From Candidatus Kuenenia stuttgartensis (GTDB taxonomy: Bacteria; Planctomycetota; Brocadiia; Brocadiales; Brocadiaceae): a stretch of DNA of 32,000 nucleotides. Position numbers and translations under genes: made by a program. The DNA lies in the NCBI RefSeq assembly GCF_900232105.1, contig NZ_LT934425.1:1740001-1772000 (forward strand), given 5' to 3'. Within the stretch, counting starts at the first letter, position 1, and each line of letters opens with the position of its first letter. Positions 8,653 through 16,794 of the stretch are shown here, piece by piece. The notes beneath the pieces are model-generated. The model had not been told where the DNA came from, searched no databases, and was given only the letters and a program-made list of their open reading frames with translations.

Positions 8653-8713
8653 TTTCGTGCATATTGTTTATTTGTAATTTATTTGCGACAACCTTCTCGT
8701 CTCTTTCTTTATA

Positions 8714-9625
8714 ATGTGTATGGGGATATACAGAAAAATAAAATGTATCTTGTCGCATACCTTTAACCATACAATTCCGTATTTTTATAAATCAGTTTTT
8801 TACAAAAGATGCACGCATGCAATATGGTTTCCCGCCTTTCTCTGCCTCTTTTTATTCACGAATAGCCTGGCGCCATGCGCTGAATATAAATACACCATCT
8901 ATTTCTATAATCCGGAAACCAATATCAACAATTTTGCCTCACTCAAAAAGGAGTTCGATCTCTACCTTGCCAGATTTGGCGGGTATCAATTTCAACCGTT
9001 TAGTGAACGCGAAATATTTGAAAAACTTATCTCCGAGAAAAAAGACGGTATCTTCATTATTTCAAGCTGGCATTATAAACAACTAAAAGAAAATATTTCT
9101 ATCGAACCAATCCTGGTTGCCGTATCCAAAAATAAATCTACGTGCAGGAGAATTTTTTCAACAAGCAGGATTATTAACGACATAAGCATGTTAAGTGGCA
9201 TGAACGTAGCTTCCGCCAGCAGTGAAGATTACACGAAAAACGTCCTTATTCAAATGTTCGGGGAAAACAAAGGTGCTGTTGCTTCCTCTATAAAAATACT
9301 CTCTGTTCCGAAAGAAATAGACGCATTGATGTCCGTAGGTTTTGGAATGGCAGACGCTGCTGTTACCACAGATAGCAGCCTTGCAAAGCTTTCCGTAATA
9401 AACAGGAAACTGTACGACACATTAAAGCAATTATTGATCAGCAACGAAACATTGCTTCCTATTGTAGCGGTACCAAAACCCCAGGACGAAAATCACAAAA
9501 AACTGGCAAAAATAATTAAAGATATGGAAGCCGCCGTGGAAGGGAAAAACAAACTCAGTATGCTTGGGTTTGACGGATGGAAAATACTCAACGCATCGGA
9601 AAAGGAATACCTGGAAAAACAATGA
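8714..9625 (+). CDS. Periplasmic substrate-binding-like protein (PhnD-like fold suspected)
   Basis: 303-aa ORF. A hydrophobic signal-like segment (AIWFPAFLCLFLFTNSLAPCA) lies about 35 aa after the ATG, so the true start may be later or non-ATG. Its layout resembles phosphonate-type binding proteins as I recall them. The product call is tentative. Confidence 0.55.
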   Translation: MCMGIYRKIKCILSHTFNHTIPYFYKSVFYKRCTHAIWFPAFLCLFLFTNSLAPCAEYKYTIYFYNPETNINNFASLKKEFDLYLARFGGYQFQPFSEREIFEKLISEKKDGIFIISSWHYKQLKENISIEPILVAVSKNKSTCRRIFSTSRIINDISMLSGMNVASASSEDYTKNVLIQMFGENKGAVASSIKILSVPKEIDALMSVGFGMADAAVTTDSSLAKLSVINRKLYDTLKQLLISNETLLPIVAVPKPQDENHKKLAKIIKDMEAAVEGKNKLSMLGFDGWKILNASEKEYLEKQ

Positions 9626-10617
9626 TTAAATACAAAAACAATCTAATAAATAACATCCCGATGCTTGCCGCTATCATGCGCGAACAAGGCAGAAATCGTA
9701 CATTCATGGCATTCTTTTTAATACTATTTTCCTTTCTGTCAGGCTACACAAATACGTCATACCCGGATACCACTGAAAATGTACTCATTATAAATTCAGA
9801 CATATCCATCAAAAACTACTCCCTGGCGCATACGGGATTCAAATCCGTCATTCCACACCCGAAAGGCGAAATAAACCTTGGCAATAAATGGAAAGAGAGG
9901 TCCGAAACAGAGAAAATTATTCGGGAATCTGGTCCGGCTATCATATATTGCATTGGAATTAAGGCATATCTCTTCGCACAGGAAGTGACGAACGATGCCA
10001 CTGTAATATTTTCTTCAATCATAAATTGGAGACGTCTCACCATAAAAGAAAACACCTATGGCATATCCTCCGAACTGCTTCCGAGTATGCAATTGACGAT
10101 GTACCGTTACCTCTTCCCGAAAACAAACAAAATCGGCGTTCTTTATAGTAAGGAATATAATGAAGAATGGATGCAGCAGGCAAGGGAAGACGCCAAAGAT
10201 ATTGGAATCTGCCTTGTTGGAATATCCATAAACAAAAGGACAAACATAACATCTGCCCTGAAAAAACTTCTTAAAAATGTCGACGCCATTTGGCTAACTT
10301 CAGACCCGGTTGTGCTATCAAAAACAGATGCCGTCAGCAATATATTCCAGCAATGCAATGCGGCAAATATTCCTGTGTTTACATACAGCGAGGCATTTAT
10401 TGATGCGGGAGCGACTCTGGTTATTTCTGCTGACATTCCCACTACCGGCAAACAAGCCGCAAGGTTGACGCTCGACCTGCTCTCCCGGCAAGAAAAGATC
10501 GAAAAGGTTAACACCCCTGCCGGTTCACACATAAGCATCAACTTAAAAAAAGTTGCAGAAAATAAATTGATTTTAAACGCAGATGCATTAGATTCAGTGA
10601 ATCAGATTATTCAATAA
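9622..10617 (+). CDS. ABC_sub_bind-type (PF04392-like) periplasmic binding protein
   Basis: Start taken at the ATG overlapping the upstream stop (ATGA at 9622-9625). The KIGVLYSKEYNEEW...DAIWLTSDPVV...ANIPVFTYSEAFIDAGATLVISADIPTTGKQAARL pattern is typical of this family from memory. Confidence 0.75.
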   Translation: MIKYKNNLINNIPMLAAIMREQGRNRTFMAFFLILFSFLSGYTNTSYPDTTENVLIINSDISIKNYSLAHTGFKSVIPHPKGEINLGNKWKERSETEKIIRESGPAIIYCIGIKAYLFAQEVTNDATVIFSSIINWRRLTIKENTYGISSELLPSMQLTMYRYLFPKTNKIGVLYSKEYNEEWMQQAREDAKDIGICLVGISINKRTNITSALKKLLKNVDAIWLTSDPVVLSKTDAVSNIFQQCNAANIPVFTYSEAFIDAGATLVISADIPTTGKQAARLTLDLLSRQEKIEKVNTPAGSHISINLKKVAENKLILNADALDSVNQIIQ

Positions 10618-10621
10618 AACA

Positions 10622-10655
10622 GGGATTTTGCGGTGAATGCAACCCCTTTGTTTTT
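10622..10655 (+). terminator. Possible intrinsic terminator after the binding-protein pair
   Basis: An imperfect hairpin (GGG..TTGC / GCAACCC with a bulge, loop ggtgaat) is followed by tttgttttt. Confidence 0.35.
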
Positions 10656-10916
10656 AAAAAATCCATCCATGCGTTAACCTCACGCTGACGTCGGTTTTTT
10701 ACGAATGTCTCCGAACTAAATCAGAGACACACGGCTATGGGTCTGTATAATGGATGTGAAACGTGTTCCCGGCGCAGGATCAGGAATGTGTGTTCTAATC
10801 ATAAAAATTGAAATTTTTTTAAAAAGACTAAAATGTTACTAAAAATCGTATTTTCTTATGCATGGTGATCCGCTTTTAATACGTCTTCAGCGTTACCTGA
10901 TACCACAATAAAACAC

Positions 10917-10945
10917 TTGCAATAAAATTCATAGTTTAGTATATT
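10917..10945 (+). promoter_or_regulatory. Sigma70-like promoter candidate for the cmk-rpsA block
   Basis: TTGCAA (10917-10922), a 17-nt spacer, then TATATT (10940-10945), about 65 nt upstream of the cmk start. Confidence 0.35.
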
Positions 10946-11008
10946 TGAAATTTCTCACCTTATGAGAATCGACATGGAGATTTCAGTGAATATACCGGGG
11001 AGGTTCGC

Positions 11009-11680
11009 TTGATAATAGCGATTGACGGGCCTGCCGGATCCGGCAAAAGTACGGTTGCAAAGACATTGGCAAAACACCTGGGTATTCGTTATCTTGACAC
11101 GGGCGCCATGTATCGGGCATTAACATGGAAGGCTATGCAACATAATGTAAACCTCGATGATGAAAATGCTTTATGCAGGATTATGGAACAGACACAGATT
11201 TATTTTGAGAGTGAAGAAAAAGGGTTACAGGTATTTGTAGATGGCAGAAATGTAACCAAAGAAATTCGCTCACCATCGGTTACAAACAACACGCATCATA
11301 TATCAGGCAAACCTGGCGTTAGGGCGATGCTGGTAAATCTGCAGAGAAAAATTGCCTCAAAAGGAAATACCGTTGCGGAGGGAAGAGACATCGGAACGGT
11401 TGTATTTCCTCAAGCGGAAAAAAAGTTTTTTCTTGACGCCAGAATAGAAATACGGGCCAAAAGACGTTTTCGCGAGAGAGAAACGCCGGACAACGAAAAC
11501 TCGCTCGATAGTGTAATAAGAGAAATAGCATTACGCGACCAGCGTGACACAACAAGAAAGGATTCTCCTTTAAAAATCAGCGACGATTCAATTTACATTG
11601 ATACGACAAATTTAACGTTAAACGAGGTGATTCACAGAATTATAAAAGAAGTGAATCCCCTTATAAAAAATAAAGTGTGA
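11009..11680 (+). CDS. cmk: Cytidylate kinase
   Basis: 223 aa with a TTG start 5 nt after GGGGAGG. It has the P-loop IAIDGPAGSGKST, YLDTGAMYRA, and the conserved cmk-rpsA adjacency. Confidence 0.93.
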   Translation: MIIAIDGPAGSGKSTVAKTLAKHLGIRYLDTGAMYRALTWKAMQHNVNLDDENALCRIMEQTQIYFESEEKGLQVFVDGRNVTKEIRSPSVTNNTHHISGKPGVRAMLVNLQRKIASKGNTVAEGRDIGTVVFPQAEKKFFLDARIEIRAKRRFRERETPDNENSLDSVIREIALRDQRDTTRKDSPLKISDDSIYIDTTNLTLNEVIHRIIKEVNPLIKNKV

Positions 11681-11736
11681 TTTATTTTATTTCTTTTGTC
11701 CCTTTTTCATTTTTATTTCGGAGAAGTTATTAAATT

Positions 11737-13491
11737 ATGGGTCTTGAAACTTTAAAACGTGATTATTTAAAGGAATATAATGTTAATGTAGCAGATATAG
11801 AAAATGACGTGGAATCAGTAATGGCAACAGAAGATGCCATGGAGAACGTACAGTCCGCTTATTATGATTCTGTCCTGCATTTTGAGGTCAACTCGATTCT
11901 AAAAGGCCGCATCATCAGTTCTATCGGCGATAACGTAATCATAGATTGCGGTTATAAATCCGAGGGCATGGTGCCCAAATACGAGTTCGACGACCCTTCC
12001 GAAATAAGAATTGGCGAAGAAATTGAAGTTTTATTAGAAGCAGTTGAAGACGATTCCGGACTCATAAAATTATCAAAACGCAAGGCCGACCGCATTCGTG
12101 GCTGGGAAACAGTTATTGCAAAATATAAAGAAGGGGACATTATTACCGGGCGTATTATTCGTAAGATAAAAGGAGGGCTGCTTGTAGATATTGGGGTACC
12201 TATTTTCCTGCCTGCCTCGCAAATTGACGTAAAACCACCGGGAGATATAGCACAATATGTTGGACAGGAACTTACCTGCAGAATTCTTAAAATTGACGAA
12301 GAACGGCAAAATATCGTTGTTTCACGAAGGAAACTGATTGAAGAAGAGCGGGAGAAAAAGAAAAAACTATTATTAATGGAAATAGAAGCAGGACAGACAA
12401 GAAAGGGCGTTGTGAAGAACATTGCCGATTTCGGCGCTTTTATCGATTTGGGTGGCATGGATGGACTGCTACATATTACGGACATGAGCTGGGGCAGGAT
12501 AAGCCATCCATCAGAAATGCTTGCGATTGACGATGAAGTTGAGGTAAAAATACTCGATGTTGACAAAGAAAAGGAAAAAGTGGCTTTAGGGCTAAAACAA
12601 AAAACCGATAATCCATGGTTTAACATAGAGGAAAAATATCCAGTTGGTTCCAGGGTAAAAGGCCAGGTAGTTAATATCATGTCCTATGGGGCATTTGTTA
12701 AATTGGAGACTGGAATAGAAGGTCTTGTACATATTTCAGAAATGTCGTGGACACGTCGTATCAACCATCCTTCTGAGATTGTTGCCATCGGGGACATGGT
12801 AGAGGTAGTAGTGCTTAAAATCGATAGAGAAAAAGAAGAAATATCTTTAAGCATTAAACAAACAGAGGTCAATCCATGGACAATAATCGAGGAAAAATAC
12901 CCGGCAGGAACGAAGATTAAAGGGCGGGTACGTAATCTGACAAACTATGGGGCATTTATAGAAATTGAAGAAGGCGTTGACGGTTTATTGCACATTTCCG
13001 ATATGTCTTGGGCTAAAAAGGTGGCACATCCTTCAGAAATTGTTAAAAAGGGCGACAAAATAGAGGCGGTTGTTCTCTCTGTCGACAGGGAAAAGAAACG
13101 TGTTGCGCTTGGATTAAAGCAACTGCAAGACGATCCGTGGGAGAAAGAAATTCCTGAAAAATATAAGGTTGGCGATATTGTGAAAGGACACGTAACGAAA
13201 CTCGCAAATTTTGGAGCCTTTTTAGAACTAGGACAAGGAATTGAAGGATTATTACATGTTTCCGAATTTTCAGATAAAAAAATCAGCAACCCTGCCGATG
13301 CGGTAAATGTAGGAGACGAACTAGAGGTGAAAGTAATTCGCATTGAGCCTGAAGCAAGAAAAATCGGTCTTAGTTTGAAGAAAATAGCGGCGCATCCTGA
13401 GGAAAAAAATAACTCTTCCGATAACTCTTCATCAGAAAAAGTAGTTCAAGAAGAAAAGGCGGAACCTTCCAGTGTCGTTGAATCCATTTAA
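11737..13491 (+). CDS. rpsA: 30S ribosomal protein S1
   Basis: 584 aa with six S1-type repeats (recurrent G.V....FGAF..L..G.EGL.H.SE motifs) and a GGAGA RBS. Confidence 0.96.
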   Translation: MGLETLKRDYLKEYNVNVADIENDVESVMATEDAMENVQSAYYDSVLHFEVNSILKGRIISSIGDNVIIDCGYKSEGMVPKYEFDDPSEIRIGEEIEVLLEAVEDDSGLIKLSKRKADRIRGWETVIAKYKEGDIITGRIIRKIKGGLLVDIGVPIFLPASQIDVKPPGDIAQYVGQELTCRILKIDEERQNIVVSRRKLIEEEREKKKKLLLMEIEAGQTRKGVVKNIADFGAFIDLGGMDGLLHITDMSWGRISHPSEMLAIDDEVEVKILDVDKEKEKVALGLKQKTDNPWFNIEEKYPVGSRVKGQVVNIMSYGAFVKLETGIEGLVHISEMSWTRRINHPSEIVAIGDMVEVVVLKIDREKEEISLSIKQTEVNPWTIIEEKYPAGTKIKGRVRNLTNYGAFIEIEEGVDGLLHISDMSWAKKVAHPSEIVKKGDKIEAVVLSVDREKKRVALGLKQLQDDPWEKEIPEKYKVGDIVKGHVTKLANFGAFLELGQGIEGLLHVSEFSDKKISNPADAVNVGDELEVKVIRIEPEARKIGLSLKKIAAHPEEKNNSSDNSSSEKVVQEEKAEPSSVVESI

Positions 13492-13557
13492 ATACAAGGA
13501 GATGGCACTACGGACTCTGCATTACAAGCCTACTTAAAAGAAATACAGAATATCCCT

Positions 13558-14328
13558 TTGCTTACTTTTGAAGAGGAACTGGAAATTGCCAGGAAAGTAG
13601 CAAAGGGCGATGCAGAAGCGCGGGAAAAACTAATAAAGGCAAACTTACGGCTGGTGGTAAGCATTGCAAAGGAATTTGTGAATCGCGGGTTTTCCTTTCT
13701 TGACCTCATAGAAGAAGGCAATCTGGGACTTATACGCGCCGTTGAGGATTTTGATATAACAACTGGCAATAGGTTCAGCACTTACGCTACTTGGTGGATT
13801 AAACAGGCAATTCGACGAGCTATTGCAAACAAGGCACGTATAATACGCATTCCCTCTTATATGCTGCAAAGAATTTCACAGATGAAACATGCCTCTTCCG
13901 GTTTGCTGAAAAAACACGAAAGATCGCCAAGCGAGCAAGAAATAGCAGCGGAAATTGACATCACTGCGCAAAATGTGAAAAACATCGAACTTTCCCTCCA
14001 GTCGATGACTTCTCTCGATGCTCCACTCGTTTCCGGCGCTGACATTATCTGGGCGTTAAGCGATATTACCCCAAACGGGAAAACGCTTCCTCCGGAAGAA
14101 GGACTGGAGGAGACGTATGAAAAAGAAACACTTAAAAAACTTTTGGATACCCTTGATAAACGTGCGGCAACGGTCATAACAATGCGCTACGGACTGGTTG
14201 ACGGAGAGTCAAGAACACTGGAAGACATAAGCAAAATACTTAAAATAAGCCGGGAGCGTGTACGGCAGATCGAAAAAGAAACGATTCAAAAATTACACTA
14301 TCTCATAACAAAAGAGGAAGATTCATAA
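13558..14328 (+). CDS. Sigma-70 family RNA polymerase sigma factor (RpoD/RpoS-like); real start probably upstream
   Basis: Region 2 ([17 protein letters not shown]) and region 4.2 ([16 protein letters not shown]) are present. The in-frame upstream sequence encodes [17 protein letters not shown] (a region-1.2-like motif), but no ATG, GTG or TTG precedes it (see finding). Confidence 0.88.
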   Translation: MLTFEEELEIARKVAKGDAEAREKLIKANLRLVVSIAKEFVNRGFSFLDLIEEGNLGLIRAVEDFDITTGNRFSTYATWWIKQAIRRAIANKARIIRIPSYMLQRISQMKHASSGLLKKHERSPSEQEIAAEIDITAQNVKNIELSLQSMTSLDAPLVSGADIIWALSDITPNGKTLPPEEGLEETYEKETLKKLLDTLDKRAATVITMRYGLVDGESRTLEDISKILKISRERVRQIEKETIQKLHYLITKEEDS

Positions 14329-14843
14329 TGGAATATTTAAAAAAATTAATTCGCGATGTACCGGATTTCCCGAAAGTGGGAGTACTATTTAAAGACATAA
14401 CGCCTCTTCTTCAAGACGCAAAGGGTTTGAAAGATTCGATAGCGTGTATTGCCAGCTACGTTGAAAACAAAAAAATAGATATTGTTGTCGGCGCGGAGGC
14501 GAGAGGCTTCATACTAGCGACAACGGTTGCTTTTTCAATCGGTACAGGTTTTGTTCCCATCAGAAAACCAGGGAAGCTTCCCTATGAAAAAGCAAGCATG
14601 ACGTACAACCTTGAATACGGGACAGATACACTGGAAATACACAAAGATGGTATTAAAAAGGGACAACAGGTTCTCATGGTAGATGATCTTTTGGCTACTG
14701 GTGGCACAATGAATGCATGTTGCAAGCTGGTTGAGTCGCTTGGCGGCAATATTGTTGGTTGTGCTTTTTTAATTGAATTAGGTTTTTTGAACGGAAGGGA
14801 TATCTTGAGTAAATATGACCTGTTTTCATTAATAAAATACTGA
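14328..14843 (+). CDS. apt: Adenine phosphoribosyltransferase
   Basis: 171 aa with VGAEARGFI and the PRPP-binding motif VLMVDDLLATGGT. Its ATG overlaps the sigma stop codon (TAATG). Confidence 0.93.
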   Translation: MEYLKKLIRDVPDFPKVGVLFKDITPLLQDAKGLKDSIACIASYVENKKIDIVVGAEARGFILATTVAFSIGTGFVPIRKPGKLPYEKASMTYNLEYGTDTLEIHKDGIKKGQQVLMVDDLLATGGTMNACCKLVESLGGNIVGCAFLIELGFLNGRDILSKYDLFSLIKY

Positions 14844-14929
14844 TATCATTACAATTGATTTGCGTACAAAGCCGCAACCCGACGTAATTTAACAGTAAAA
14901 TAGTTTCATGCCAGTGTACGTGAAAATTA

Positions 14930-14952
14930 CCGGCAAAGAATTGCATTGCCGG
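14930..14952. terminator. Hairpin between the convergent apt and small-ORF/trpE units
   Basis: ccggcaa / ttgccgg form a 7-bp stem with a 9-nt loop. Read on the minus strand it is followed by taatttt. There is no T-run on the plus strand. Confidence 0.35.
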
Positions 14953-15031
14953 AAAAGCCTTGCAATAAGTTATAATTTAAAACTTATATACAAATTTATA
15001 TTTCTAAAATCAAATGCAGTGACTATAACAG

Positions 15032-15190
15032 TTAGCGCTTGCTTCCCGACAACCTGCCAAAATAAAACATTACGACCCCGATAAACAGCATAATCATTTC
15101 CATTTTCATAGAATCTTTTACTATTCCAAAATAAAGTGCATGTAATGCCACAATAATTCCTGCTATCTGCAAAATCCTTGAAAAATCCAT
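15032..15190 (-). CDS. Possible small two-TM membrane protein (52 aa)
   Basis: MDFSRILQIAGIIVALHALYFGIV...MLFIGVVMFYFG gives two hydrophobic helices, with GGAG about 9 nt upstream. No homology was recognised. Confidence 0.3.
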   Translation of the reverse strand: MDFSRILQIAGIIVALHALYFGIVKDSMKMEMIMLFIGVVMFYFGRLSGSKR

Positions 15191-15290
15191 TCTAACGGTC
15201 TCCGTGCTAAGTGTCACCAAACACATCTAAACTATTACCTGCAATACCTCCACGAAATGAACAAATGTTTTTTATTAAGCACACCACGCC

Positions 15291-16778
15291 TTACTTCATA
15301 TTTTCCGCTATTTCAATCGCCAGCATCATCCCCTTTGCCTTATTTACCGTTTCATCAAACTCCTTTTCCGGTATTGAATCTGCAACGATTCCTGCTCCAG
15401 CCTGAATATACGCATGTTTATTCTTTAACACTATCGTTCGGATTGTAATGCATGTATTTATATTACCGAAGAAATCAAAATACCCTACAGCGCCACCATA
15501 CGGCCCTCTTTTAGTAGGTTCCAGTTCGTCGATAATCTGCATTGCCCTAATCTTCGGAGCGCCGGAAAGTGTCCCCGCCGGCAAGCATGTCCTTAAAGCA
15601 TCAAATGCACTTTTACTATCGTCTAGTTCGCCGCAAATACTCGAGGTAATGTGCATTACATGTGAATATTTCTCGATGACCATTTTTTCTTCGATGCGAA
15701 CAGTATTGTAACGGGAAACTCTCCCAACATCATTCCTTCCTAAATCAAGAAGCATTATATGCTCCGCTCTTTCTTTGGGATCTTCAATTAATTCACCAGC
15801 AAGCTTCTCATCTTCATCATCAGACAGTCCTCTTTTTCTGGTACCTGCAATAGGCCGTACGATAACTTTTTTACCATCTACCTTTACCATTACTTCGGGA
15901 GAAGACCCTATAAAATATAAATCATCCATTTTAAAATAAAACATATATGGAGAAGGATTGATTACCCGCAACACCCTGTAAATATTAAAAGGTTCCGCCT
16001 CGGTCTCAGTCTTAAATCTCTGTGAAATTACCACTTGAAAAATATCTCCTGCACGAATGTATTCTTTGCATCGGTCAACTACAGATAAAAAATCTTTTCT
16101 TTCAAAATTTGAACAAAAAGACCGGCTCGTTTCTTTATCAGTCGTTATATCATCGCTTAACGACATGACAGGCGTTCTCAGCTTTTCAATAACACAATCA
16201 ATTCTCTTGATAGATTCTTTATACAAATCTTCCAACTCGTTATTATCTACATATGCAGAACAGACAATCTTTATTGTTTTTGTCAAATGGTCAAAAACAA
16301 TAATTGTGTCATAAAATAAAATCCTGATATCTGCCAGAAAAAGATCATCTTTAGGCATATCGGGCAAGGTTTCATAATAACGAATCACATCGTAACCGAT
16401 GTATCCCACTGCACAGCAAAAGAAATCAGGAAGTTCTTTTATTTTTACAGGACGTAACCTACTCATCTCTCCTTCAAGAATAGCCAGGGGGTCTGTTGTT
16501 TGAATTTTTTCATTATTTCCATTTTTCCTCAAAATTTCTACATTCGTACCCATCGAAGTAAATTCAAGAAATGGGTCAGACCCAAGGATGGAATATCTCG
16601 AAATTTTTTCTCCGCCGGCAGCACTTTCAAGTAAAAAGGCATGTTTAGAATCTGATAATTTTTGAAATGCAGAAACAGGGGTAAGTGCGTCCGCAAACAG
16701 TTGTCTGTATACCGGCACAATATTGTTGGCCGAGGCAAGTTGTTTAAACTCTTCCAGGGAAGGATAGTAATTATTCAT
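15291..16778 (-). CDS. trpE: Anthranilate synthase component I
   Basis: 495 aa with the LLESAAGGEKISRYS motif, GAPKIRAMQIIDELE, PYGGAVGYFDF and GAGIVADSIPEKE. No trpG, trpD or trpC is adjacent. Confidence 0.9.
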   Translation of the reverse strand: MNNYYPSLEEFKQLASANNIVPVYRQLFADALTPVSAFQKLSDSKHAFLLESAAGGEKISRYSILGSDPFLEFTSMGTNVEILRKNGNNEKIQTTDPLAILEGEMSRLRPVKIKELPDFFCCAVGYIGYDVIRYYETLPDMPKDDLFLADIRILFYDTIIVFDHLTKTIKIVCSAYVDNNELEDLYKESIKRIDCVIEKLRTPVMSLSDDITTDKETSRSFCSNFERKDFLSVVDRCKEYIRAGDIFQVVISQRFKTETEAEPFNIYRVLRVINPSPYMFYFKMDDLYFIGSSPEVMVKVDGKKVIVRPIAGTRKRGLSDDEDEKLAGELIEDPKERAEHIMLLDLGRNDVGRVSRYNTVRIEEKMVIEKYSHVMHITSSICGELDDSKSAFDALRTCLPAGTLSGAPKIRAMQIIDELEPTKRGPYGGAVGYFDFFGNINTCITIRTIVLKNKHAYIQAGAGIVADSIPEKEFDETVNKAKGMMLAIEIAENMK

Positions 16779-16794
16779 GTATTAAAAATTCTAG

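Noticed and set aside
8447-8677. 76-aa plus-strand ORF in the receptor/binding-protein divergent region
   Set aside because: It spans the promoter region, has no RBS or motifs, and its composition is typical of AT-rich intergenic DNA.
11952-13343. Long antisense ORFs inside rpsA (242, 132, 78 and 62 aa)
   Set aside because: These are Ser/Thr/Ile-rich low-complexity shadow frames opposite a highly confident S1 gene, with no RBS or motifs.
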